Shown here piece by piece: positions 45,401-53,863 of a stretch of 64,000 nt of DNA. Made by a program: the position numbers and the translations under genes. The notes beneath the pieces are model-generated. The model did no database searches, had not been told where the DNA came from, and saw nothing but the letters and a program-made list of their open reading frames with translations. Location of the stretch: positions 19,400-83,399 of the forward strand of contig JAGWBV010000003.1 in the NCBI GenBank assembly GCA_021295715.1. The letters run 5' to 3'. Each line of letters opens with the position of its first letter. Positions within the stretch are counted from its first letter, which is position 1. The DNA comes from Candidatus Poribacteria bacterium (lineage in GTDB: Bacteria; Poribacteria; WGA-4E; WGA-3G).

Positions 45401-45621
45401 TAGAGTCGTAGCGGAGACTGTGTGCTTTCGTCAATTTTCCGACCGAAGTAATAACTGCCGAGTGCGAGTCCTGCCATAAAGGCTGTCAGAACGGTACTCG
45501 TTGCAAAAACAGTACTCCCAAAGATGAGCGTGAGTTGCCGCATCCAGATGACTTGATAGATGAGTCCACTGGCACCGGAGAAGATAAAGATGAGCCAAAC
45601 GATGGGCTTGATGTATCGCAT
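42496..45621 (-). CDS. Fused membrane (MFS-like) / spermidine-synthase-like protein with C-terminal TPR repeats
   Basis: N-terminus IFIFSGASGLIYQVIWMRQLTLIFGSTVFATSTVLTAFMAGLALGSY is typical of this fusion family. About 12 TM segments. SAM-fold motif ALVVGFGMGLTS. C-terminal TPR-like repeats. Confidence 0.85.
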   Translation of the reverse strand: MRYIKPIVWLIFIFSGASGLIYQVIWMRQLTLIFGSTVFATSTVLTAFMAGLALGSYYFGRKIDESTQSPLRLYALLEAGIGAFCLVWPLILTALGAIYVLIHRNVTSEFYTLSLIRFVLTFGVILIPSTMMGGTLPVLTRFFVKRLEQLGTNIGILYALNTFGAVIGTVAAGFFLIEALGIRWTLGIGIAINFGVAAIALALTQKVSGTEADEPAEETQQAESEDVPDLPERQLVLWAIGISGFCALAYEVLWTRIMVFFLGSTTYAFATMLAAFLFGIALGSMVFSRWVDRIKQPVAVFGIVQLGIGLFALILMPAFEELYGMSQAFQSTFGSSRFWAFFSCFLVMCLPTFLMGASFPLVTKIYTGSARQLGRSIGNVYAVNTVGSILGAFCAGFILIPLLGIRPSIVLTVVLNTGIGCLLVLRSRQLTETGKSLLQGVGVGMPILNAGLAVILLLTVNQPLFLKSTIFKTQRPGDTLIDYNEEVDATVTTLKDDEGVYRLYVDTNQAADASRWDSPSHRVIAHLPLLLHPRPKQALVVGFGMGLTSHSITQHGVRVDAIELSSGVISAAQKHFTHVNGNVFENPLFSYKLNDGRNHILMTKTRYDMISTGIIHPLVSAGSSNIYTADFYRLCRRILSEDGIMCQWVPLHRLPEAHYKMIVRTFIEVFPHTTLWYKYTPDFVILIGTPGPLRIDYKNFMARAQIASIREGLTADDLDGPSLLDSFMMGPETVRKYAGVGPIHTDNRPRLEFFHGADLVGTTMQNVKGMSEYRERVLPYLENYGATLAEKRVIRERLDTYFRATQRLIRGQIAYASGQYQSAASLMNDAVEINPVDETIRYNFGVVAGLIREGEQEELRQIEKQVQQTMAQNPDDIQGHLHLATLYEMQGELGKATRELEELLRRDPKRFEVYLLLGPLYERQERYKDALRTYERLERQEITSQLPAPIFAAMAGLHLQLGNLKEAERYGKKGIAVDANSWRSHYILGNVFAAMNQPQKQIESYDNALKVLDEIVGVTTDASDLLSAREQIQSELEQLRK

Positions 45622-45705
45622 TTTTTGTCCACGCTATAAACACTTCATCATTACAAGACTACTCAGGTTCTTTACATATATGATACGTCAACCAACCCCT
45701 GAATT

Positions 45706-46527
45706 TCAAGTAGAATCCTCTACCTTCTTCTCCAATCGTTCAATGTACCGAAAGGTTGTAGAGAAAATCATGTCCAACGTAGCGATGTCCCGCGCTTCCA
45801 ACGGGGCACGGGAAAAGACACGTCGTAAGGATTTCAGATACGTCTCCCAATCCTCGTTATACGGAGTCACTTCGACCTTATCCAGCAAACGGGTCACGCG
45901 CTCATAGAACTCTTCCAAGGCATTCACTTCGGCATAATCAATCTCAGAGAGAGGGTATTCGTTGAGGCTTGCAGTGAAGACTTCATAGGCAAAGATTTGG
46001 ACTGCCTGCGCTAAATTCAGAGAAGGGTTCTTTGTAGCCATCGGCACACTCGCAGTCAATTGGCAGAGACTTATCTGATCGGTGGACAAACCGAAATCTT
46101 CACGTCCAAACAGCAGCGCGACCTGTTTGTCTTGCGAAATTGTGGCAATCGTCTCTGCGGCTTCTCTGGCAGGGACGGGCTGTGGTAGGCGGACATCTCG
46201 GCGACGGTGCGTCGTCCCTACCAAATATTGGATACCCTCGAGTGCATCTTTGAGTTCAGGAACAACGTGGCAATTTTCAAGAATATCCTTCGCGCCGTGC
46301 GCCATATACCACGCCGCATCGACATCGCGAAACGGGACTGGATTCACGAGATAGAGTTGTGAGAGTCCCATTCCCTTTACAACTCTGGCGACAGAGCCGA
46401 TGTTTCCCGGCTCACGCGGTTCAAAGAGGATAACTCGGATATTAGTGAGATTCTCTGGTACCGCAACAGGAATGGCACGGAAACTTCCGGTGGGTTGAAT
46501 CGTTTTTGTGTCGGTGTTTGTTGACAT
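45706..46527 (-). CDS. SpoU/TrmH-family RNA 2'-O-methyltransferase (TrmJ-like)
   Basis: Motifs IRVILFEPREPGNIGSVARVVKGMGL, LLFGREDFGLS and SLNLAQAVQIFAYE. Confidence 0.85.
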   Translation of the reverse strand: MSTNTDTKTIQPTGSFRAIPVAVPENLTNIRVILFEPREPGNIGSVARVVKGMGLSQLYLVNPVPFRDVDAAWYMAHGAKDILENCHVVPELKDALEGIQYLVGTTHRRRDVRLPQPVPAREAAETIATISQDKQVALLFGREDFGLSTDQISLCQLTASVPMATKNPSLNLAQAVQIFAYEVFTASLNEYPLSEIDYAEVNALEEFYERVTRLLDKVEVTPYNEDWETYLKSLRRVFSRAPLEARDIATLDMIFSTTFRYIERLEKKVEDST

Positions 46528-46602
46528 ATCAATAGGGTATCTGAAACCTCCCGAATTGTCAAGTGGAATTGCTTTAGAACGGCTGTGGACTTAACAACGC
46601 GC

Positions 46603-46631
46603 TTGCAATTTACTTCACTTTAAGGTATAAT
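46603..46631 (+). promoter_or_regulatory. Near-consensus sigma70 promoter about 290 nt upstream of gap
   Basis: TTGCAA (46603-46608), 17-nt spacer, TATAAT (46626-46631). Confidence 0.5.
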
Positions 46632-46781
46632 TAAAAAGGCTTAAATTGTGAAATTCGGATAATAACAAATCAAGGGGCATCGCTTGCAAGCCTATATCGT
46701 GAATAGCCCCGTATGTTCGTCTGTACTTGTATGGCTTGCAGGTTTTTAAAACTTGCTGTTAGGAGAAAGCCCTGTAACGGC

Positions 46782-47930
<1,149 letters not shown>

Positions 47931-47941
47931 TGGGAAGGACT

Positions 47942-48706
47942 ATGAGAACACCTATCATTGCGGGAAATTGGAAACTGAACAAAACCATTTCAGAGGCGGT
48001 CGCACTCGCAACGGCGTTAAAGGCATCCGTTGCGGATGCCACGGACGTTGACATCATTGTTGCACCGCCGTTTACTGCACTCTCCGCTGTCAGTGATGCC
48101 ATAGCGGGTAGCAACATTCGTCTCGCCGCCCAAGATGCCTATTGGGAGGACAGCGGTGCCTTTACTGGCGAAGTCTCTGTCCCAATGTTGAAAGATGCAG
48201 GGTGTGATTACGTCATTATCGGACATTCGGAACGGCGGCAATATTTCGGTGAAACGCACGACAGCGTCAACCAAAAGGTGAAAGCAGCGTTAGCACACGG
48301 CTTAAAGCCAATCATCTGCGTCGGTGAGCAACTCGAAGAACGGGAAGCCGGACACACAGAAACGGTGATTGAGAGCCACGTTAAGGGCGGTATTGCGGGC
48401 TTATCCGACGCTGACCTTTCGTCCTGCATTATCGCTTATGAGCCAGTTTGGGCAATTGGCACTGGAAAAACCGCTACACCTGATCAAGCACAGAAAGTCC
48501 ATAACTTCATTCGAGGCTTGCTAACGAAAGGGTATTCGGCAGAAGTCGCGTCGCAGATATGCATTCAATACGGTGGCAGCGTTAAACCGGAGAATACAGC
48601 AGAACTCATGGCGCAGCCCGATGTGGATGGTGCACTCGTTGGCGGGGCAAGTCTTGAGGCAGAATCGTTCGCGGGAATCGTGAAAAGAGCAATCAGCAGT
48701 CAGTAA
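47942..48706 (+). CDS. tpiA: Triose-phosphate isomerase
   Basis: Motifs IIAGNWKLN, IIGHSERR, AYEPVWAIGTG and YGGSV. GGAAGG lies 5 nt upstream of ATG 47942. The listed ATG 47930 overlaps the gap stop. Confidence 0.95.
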   Translation: MRTPIIAGNWKLNKTISEAVALATALKASVADATDVDIIVAPPFTALSAVSDAIAGSNIRLAAQDAYWEDSGAFTGEVSVPMLKDAGCDYVIIGHSERRQYFGETHDSVNQKVKAALAHGLKPIICVGEQLEEREAGHTETVIESHVKGGIAGLSDADLSSCIIAYEPVWAIGTGKTATPDQAQKVHNFIRGLLTKGYSAEVASQICIQYGGSVKPENTAELMAQPDVDGALVGGASLEAESFAGIVKRAISSQ

Positions 48707-48840
48707 TCAGCAGTCAGTTAAGAGGTTACTTGTAGCAACTCACCCCTTCTTGGAGTTCTCCACTTTGGAAAAGATTGTTACAATTCGCTCTTTACTGATA
48801 GCCGATAGCCGATTGCTACCTATTAGGAGGAAAGGATCAG

Positions 48841-49260
48841 ATGGAAATTATTATTGGTTTCGTAGTATTTCTCTTCGTACCGGTCTGCGTCGTCTTGACG
48901 CTAATCATTTTGTTACAGGACAGCAAGGGTGAAGGACTTTCATCGAGCGCATTTGGTGGTGCCGAAATGCAGTCTGTTCTCGGAGGACGCGGTGCAGCAA
49001 CCTTCCTAGGTAAACTGACGACATGGCTTGCTATCGGGTTCATGGTTATCTCACTGTTCCTGATGCGTTTCTACGGCGAAGATAGGGGTGGTGAACTCAC
49101 ACCGCTCGAACAGGAAACAACACAAGAAGCCACTACCGAACCTGTTGACACTACAGGCGAAGGAAGCATTGAAGTGACTACAGATGGAGGCAGCGGAGGC
49201 ACAGCCGACGACGCATCAAAGACAGAACTCGATAGTGGTACCACTGACAACACAGAGTAG
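48841..49260 (+). CDS. secG: Preprotein translocase subunit SecG with an acidic/Thr-rich C-terminal extension
   Basis: LIILLQDSKGEGLSSSAFGG...GRGAATFLGKLTTWLAIGFMVISLFL matches the SecG pattern. It sits in the usual position after tpiA. AGGAGG RBS. Confidence 0.8.
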   Translation: MEIIIGFVVFLFVPVCVVLTLIILLQDSKGEGLSSSAFGGAEMQSVLGGRGAATFLGKLTTWLAIGFMVISLFLMRFYGEDRGGELTPLEQETTQEATTEPVDTTGEGSIEVTTDGGSGGTADDASKTELDSGTTDNTE

Positions 49261-49484
49261 TTTTTAATTATTTCTTGCGGAGTAACAACGGGCGTTTGGA
49301 CTTTGACGTGCGTTGATCAAATCCGCCTACGTGTTTTTGCTTGGGTGTTTCTGCGTATTGTTGCAGGCTGCTGTCTTGGGTAAACCAAAGCACATAGCCC
49401 GTAATATAATGGAGGGCGGATATACGGAAAGGAACGTCAAACCTGAAACCGACCTGACCGAACCGTAAGGAAAATTACAAAAAC
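49261..49484. mobile_element. Complete MITE-like element (about 224 bp) with imperfect 20-22-bp terminal inverted repeats
   Basis: The left end is TTTTTAATTATTTCTTGCGG (49261-49280) and the right end is CCGTAAGGAAAATTACAAAAAC (49463-49484, approximately the reverse complement). The interior carries all dispersed modules (GCCTGCAACAA hairpin, GTTTTTGCTTGGG, GCCCGTAATATAATGGAGGGCGGATATACGGAAA, AAACCTGAAACCGACCTGACCGAACCG). There is no coding capacity. Confidence 0.7.
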
Positions 49485-49893
49485 GCTTTCATGGACGGTA
49501 CATCCACTCGTTGAGAATTGGCGCAAATCCATTTTATTAGGGGCTTTTCTAACCTTTCTTTTCATCGGCATCTATTGGGGTTTCCAATCAATTCACATCG
49601 CCCTGCTGTCTGCCACTTTCCTACTCGGATCGCTCTATAAATATTTTCTCCCGTTTCACCACCACTGTGAAGCAGATAAACTTATCATCACAAGCTGCTG
49701 CTATAGACTGGAGCGATCTTGGGAAACATTTCGCAGCTTCTATGTTGACGCGAACGGAGTATTGCTCAGCCCGTTTGCTCATCCGACACGCCTTGAAAAC
49801 TTCCGCGGTGTTTACGTTCGATTTGGAAAACACTCCCCCGAGGAAGTTGTTAATTTTATCACCAGTAAGATTTCGCCAGAATCTTCTTCCTGA
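49447..49893 (+). other. 148-codon open frame with no ATG/GTG/TTG start: two-TM protein with a soluble C-terminal domain (start lost or non-canonical)
   Basis: My own translation of the frame beginning at 49501 gives HPLVENWRKSILLGAFLTFLFIGIYWGFQSIHIALLSATFLLGSLYKYFLPFHHHCEADKLIITSCCYRLERSWETFRSFYVDANGVLLSPFAHPTRLENFRGVYVRFGKHSPEEVVNFITSKISPESSS*. The first canonical start in this frame is TTG 49762. ATG 49491 is one nt out of frame. Confidence 0.45.
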
Positions 49894-49913
49894 ATATTGC
49901 AAAGGAACCGCAG

Positions 49914-50960
49914 ATGCAAGGGAAAACAAGATGGGGCATACTGGGTCCCGGCACCATTTCACAGAAACTCGCCACTGCATTGAAAGCGATTCCCGATACA
50001 GAAATTACGGCTGTCGGCTCTCGAGACCTCCAAAGAGCCAACGCATTTGGGAATAAGTTTCGTATTCCACACAGACACGGGAATTACGCCGATCTTGCCC
50101 ACAACCCTGAAGTAGATGTTATTTACGTGGCAACACCACATCCCTTTCACAAAGAGTGTGCAATGTTCTGTCTGGAAGCCGGAAAAGCGGTTCTATGTGA
50201 AAAGCCTCTCACTGTAGACGCGAAACAAGCTGAAGAACTGATCGTATGCGCACGGCAAAATAACCAATTTCTGATGGAAGCCATGTGGACCCGCTTTCTT
50301 CCCGTAATCGTTAAAGTTCAGGAATGGTTAGCCGAGGGTGCCATAGGCGAACCGCGTCTACTAACAGCAGACAAAGCCTCTCGTCAGACACTGAGCACTG
50401 AGATCCTCGAAGGCAGGCTCTTCAATCCAGAACTCGGCGGTGGCGGACTCCTGGACGTTGGGGTCTATACGATCGCGCTGGCATCCATGGTATTTGGCGC
50501 GCCCGCTCAAATCAGAAGTCTCGCACACATCGGGGAAACCGATGTGGACGAACAAGCCTCTATCCTGTTAGGCTACGATGCTGGGCAAATCGCCAACCTA
50601 TTCTGCGCCATCAGAACCGAGACCCCAAGCGAGGCACGCATCACCGGAACCAAGGGGTCAATACATATTCCTGAATTCTGGCAAGCGACTTCTGCAACGC
50701 TCACTCGGACCGGAAGGGATCCTGTCCACATCGAAATCCCGTTCAAAAGCAACGGCTTCGAGAACCAAGCAATGGAGGTTATCAACTGTCTCCGGGAAGG
50801 GAAACTTGAAAGCGATGTGATGCCACTGGATGAGTCTCTATCCATCATGAGGACTATGGATACTATCAGATCTCAATGGGGATTGAAATATCCGAAGTTT
50901 AAGTCTGTTTTTGCTACGCCTGAAAACGAAACTGGGGTAATAATATGTCCAAAATCTTGA
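49914..50960 (+). CDS. Gfo/Idh/MocA family oxidoreductase
   Basis: Motifs RWGILGPGTISQK and VLCEKPLT; 348 aa. Confidence 0.9.
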   Translation: MQGKTRWGILGPGTISQKLATALKAIPDTEITAVGSRDLQRANAFGNKFRIPHRHGNYADLAHNPEVDVIYVATPHPFHKECAMFCLEAGKAVLCEKPLTVDAKQAEELIVCARQNNQFLMEAMWTRFLPVIVKVQEWLAEGAIGEPRLLTADKASRQTLSTEILEGRLFNPELGGGGLLDVGVYTIALASMVFGAPAQIRSLAHIGETDVDEQASILLGYDAGQIANLFCAIRTETPSEARITGTKGSIHIPEFWQATSATLTRTGRDPVHIEIPFKSNGFENQAMEVINCLREGKLESDVMPLDESLSIMRTMDTIRSQWGLKYPKFKSVFATPENETGVIICPKS

Positions 50961-51082
50961 CATCGAAACGAAGAACCACCCGTTCCTCAAGTCAATTGAC
51001 GACTGTCGAGAATTCATACAGAAAGAGTTAGAAGGAATCAACGTCCGTTTTTTTAGTTGATTTTGTTACAGGAGAGGATACG

Positions 51083-52363
51083 ATGAACGTTTCTGAATCG
51101 AACCATGCACAGAAAATTGCTACTACAGAAGAACTAAAAACCACCGTTTTAGATGCTGTGGACACTCAAAGTGTCACAGATATCCACACACACCTCTTTA
51201 GTCCTCCGTTCGGTGAGTTATTGCTATGGGGAATTGATGAACTGCTGACCTACCACTACCTCATCGCTGAAGTGTTCCGCAACGCTGACGTCTCATACCA
51301 ACAATTTTGGGCGATGTCACAGACGGAACAAGCGGAATTGATCTGGCAAACATTGTTCATTGAGAATTCACCATTGAGCGAGGCGTGCCGCGGTGTCGTG
51401 ACAACTTTAGATGCGTTAGGCTTGGATGTCGGATCGCGAAACCTACAGGACTATCGCGACTATTTTGCGGATACGACCGTCGAGGCTTTTATTGACACCG
51501 TCTTTGAACGCGCGAAAGTCTCTAAAGTGGTGATGACGAACGATCCGTTCGATTCGGCAGAAGCACCCGTATGGCAATCCGGCGACACTGGCGACACGCG
51601 GTTTGAAGCGGCTCTCCGAATGGATGTCCTCATCAACACCTACGAAGAAGTCGGTTATGAACATCTTCGCGGTCTCGGCTACGATGTCGATCCGAGTCTA
51701 TCAACGAAAAAAACCTACAAAGAAATTCGCCGATTTTTAGAGACGTGGATTCAACGAATGAACCCGAAGTACATGGCGGTCTCTCTCCCACCGGATTTCC
51801 AATACCCCGATGATGGTGTTCTCGGACGGTTGTTTGACAACTGTATATTACCGATCTCCCGTGAATTTAACGTTCCATTCGCACTCATGATCGGCGTGAA
51901 GCGTGCGGTTAATCCACAACTTCAGATGGCAGGCGATGGAAGTGGAAAGGCAGACTTGACAAGTCTGGAAACACTACTCCGTGAAAATCCTGATAATAAG
52001 TTTCTCGTTACACTCCTATCGCGTGAAAATCAGCACGAGTTGTGTGTGATCGGACGAAAATTCAAAAATCTAATGATATTCGGATGTTGGTGGTTTATGA
52101 ACAATCCGAGCGTCATTGAGGAGATCACACGAGAACGGATTGAATTGCTCGGTTTGAGCGTCATCCCGCAACACTCGGATGCGAGAATTTTGGATCAACT
52201 CCTCTATAAGTGGAAACACTCACGACGAATTATCGCAGACGTTTTGGTAGAAAAATATCAGACAGTCCTTGATGTCGGGTGGACACTGACTTCAGCAGAA
52301 ATTGAACGCGATGTCAATAACCTGTTCGGCGGGAATTTCGAGCGATTTCTGAATGGGAACTAA
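51083..52363 (+). CDS. Glucuronate (uronate) isomerase-family amidohydrolase-fold protein
   Basis: N-terminal DIHTHLF...LLTYHYL and C-terminal FGCWWFMNNP...SDARIL...WKHSRRIIADVL parallel UxaC (DYHCHL...DHYKW...GSGWWFNDQ...TDSRSFL...HEYFRRIL). GGAGAGG RBS. Confidence 0.7.
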   Translation: MNVSESNHAQKIATTEELKTTVLDAVDTQSVTDIHTHLFSPPFGELLLWGIDELLTYHYLIAEVFRNADVSYQQFWAMSQTEQAELIWQTLFIENSPLSEACRGVVTTLDALGLDVGSRNLQDYRDYFADTTVEAFIDTVFERAKVSKVVMTNDPFDSAEAPVWQSGDTGDTRFEAALRMDVLINTYEEVGYEHLRGLGYDVDPSLSTKKTYKEIRRFLETWIQRMNPKYMAVSLPPDFQYPDDGVLGRLFDNCILPISREFNVPFALMIGVKRAVNPQLQMAGDGSGKADLTSLETLLRENPDNKFLVTLLSRENQHELCVIGRKFKNLMIFGCWWFMNNPSVIEEITRERIELLGLSVIPQHSDARILDQLLYKWKHSRRIIADVLVEKYQTVLDVGWTLTSAEIERDVNNLFGGNFERFLNGN

Positions 52364-52376
52364 GTTCACTTACGGG

Positions 52377-52661
52377 TTAACAACAACAGGGGGTTTCGCT
52401 GCACTTCGGGCAACCCTCTGCGTAGATTTTCGCGGCATCCTCAAGAGAGATACCGAGCAGGCTTGCTAATGTAGCGAGCCATGCAAAAACATCGGCAAAC
52501 TCCTCATGGAGCCGCGTTATGTCTTGTGGTTGCTTGCGGATCTCTTTCGCTAACTCGCCCACCTCTTCAACGAACCATGTAAAGGTTAGTGGCACGCCAC
52601 GCTCAGCATCGCGTGTGTAGTAGATATCTTCAATCTGTTTCTGAAACGCTTCAATTCTCAT
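52377..52661 (-). CDS. MazG-like nucleotide pyrophosphohydrolase domain protein with Cys-rich tail
   Basis: FVEEVGELAKEI...EEFADVFAWLATLASLLGISLEDA (EExxE...ExxD helices), with a C-terminal GCPKCSETPCCC. The start ATG abuts the 20-nt repeat end. Confidence 0.8.
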   Translation of the reverse strand: MRIEAFQKQIEDIYYTRDAERGVPLTFTWFVEEVGELAKEIRKQPQDITRLHEEFADVFAWLATLASLLGISLEDAAKIYAEGCPKCSETPCCC

Positions 52662-52840
52662 TTTTTAATTTTACCTTGCGGTTAAGTGCCACGGTTTCGG
52701 GGCTTCACGTGCTTCCGTATAGAGTCGCCTGCGCCGTTGTTGCAGGCTTCGTGTTCGTTACAAACCCGCAAATCCGTTGCGGTTTGACCAAAAACCTACT
52801 CATAATGGAATGCAGAGCAGTCCAGAGGCACACAGATTAA
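52662..52840. repeat. MITE-like repeat copy or fragments
   Basis: TTTTTAATTTTACCTTGCGG end, CCGTATAGAGTCGCCTGCGCCGTTGTTGCAGGC hairpin module, CCGCAAATCCGTTGCGG hairpin, and CATAATGGAATGCAGAGCAGTCC module (compare 35585-35610). Confidence 0.75.
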
Positions 52841-52848
52841 AAATCCTT

Positions 52849-53748
52849 TCATTGACCGTCTTGCGAATTATTTAAAAACCGTTGGCAATCGACCGAAACG
52901 GACAATTCATGTGTACCACTTCCAAAAATAACGCCCTTCAGCGGTGTTACATCCGAGTAATCTCGTCCCCACGCAATTGTGATATGTCGATCTATCGGTT
53001 TTTGGTTATTTGTTGGATCGAAATCTACCCAGCCAAGTTGCGGAAGATAGACCGAAAACCATGCATGGGATGCATCAGCACCTACTAACCGGGCCTGGTC
53101 GGGTGGTGGATCGGTTTCAATATACCCGCTGACATAACGGGCAGCAAGCCCCAACGCCCGTAGACAGCCAATACCGAGATGCGCAAAATCTTGACAGACC
53201 CCTCGCCGGTGCCGTATCACATCCGCCAACGGTGTCGCGATTGTTGTGAAATTCGGGTCATAAGTGAAGTCAGTGTAGAGGCGAGTGGTTAACTCTTCAA
53301 CCGCTTCAAGGAGGGGTCGTTCTTTGGCAAATGACTTCTCAGCATAAGTCTGGAGTTCAGACATCATCGGAATCATTGGGGAGTCGAGGATGTACTGTCG
53401 CAACTCCAGAACCTCTGGATCCATATCTGTGTGTATCCGCTGGCGTATCTCTTCCCAAGCCAAATGTTCGGCGAAATCTAATTGCATCTCTCTGCCACTG
53501 ACTTGCACATGACTCGTAACTGTAACGGTGAGTTCCCGATGCGGCTGCTGGATTGTGAAATAGTAGACGGTATTTCCGAAGAAATCCTGGCGTTCTCGGC
53601 ACGCCCCAGGTTCGGGATCGACAACGAATTGACTATTGCTACAGTGTTGATGCACAAAACTTCGAGGCGTCAAGCGCGCTTCGTTGTAACAGAGGTTCAC
53701 CGAGTCGCTGTAACTGTATTCGGTTTTGTGAATAATCTTGTAGTTCAT
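52849..53748 (-). CDS. Transglutaminase-like cysteine peptidase family protein (Bact_transglu_N + transglutaminase core)
   Basis: Motifs MNYKIIHKTEYSYS, RRGVCQDFAHLGIGCLRALGLAARYVSGY, ASHAW and DFDPTN (Cys-His-Asp triad). Confidence 0.9.
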   Translation of the reverse strand: MNYKIIHKTEYSYSDSVNLCYNEARLTPRSFVHQHCSNSQFVVDPEPGACRERQDFFGNTVYYFTIQQPHRELTVTVTSHVQVSGREMQLDFAEHLAWEEIRQRIHTDMDPEVLELRQYILDSPMIPMMSELQTYAEKSFAKERPLLEAVEELTTRLYTDFTYDPNFTTIATPLADVIRHRRGVCQDFAHLGIGCLRALGLAARYVSGYIETDPPPDQARLVGADASHAWFSVYLPQLGWVDFDPTNNQKPIDRHITIAWGRDYSDVTPLKGVIFGSGTHELSVSVDCQRFLNNSQDGQ

Positions 53749-53863
53749 ATTTTAATGGCTGTCAGTTATCAGCCACTGGCAGTCAGTAAAGACGCATCTT
53801 TCTTTGCTGACGACTGAAAGCGAACGCAGTTAGCGTGCTGATTACTGACCGCTAATGGCTATT
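53749..53863. repeat. Family-2-type palindromic element (CAGTCAG / CTGAC arms)
   Basis: GGCTGTCAGTTATCAGCCACTGGCAGTCAGTAAAG...GCTGATTACTGACCGCTAATGGC. Related strings are at 7135-7195, 32715-32750, 32855-32885 and 48695-48830. Confidence 0.6.

Noticed and set aside
49621-50056. Listed ORFs 49621..49980 (minus strand) and 49667..50056 (plus strand).
   Set aside because: They overlap each other and the Gfo/Idh/MocA gene start. A third frame (49447-49893) gives a far more protein-like translation with TM helices.
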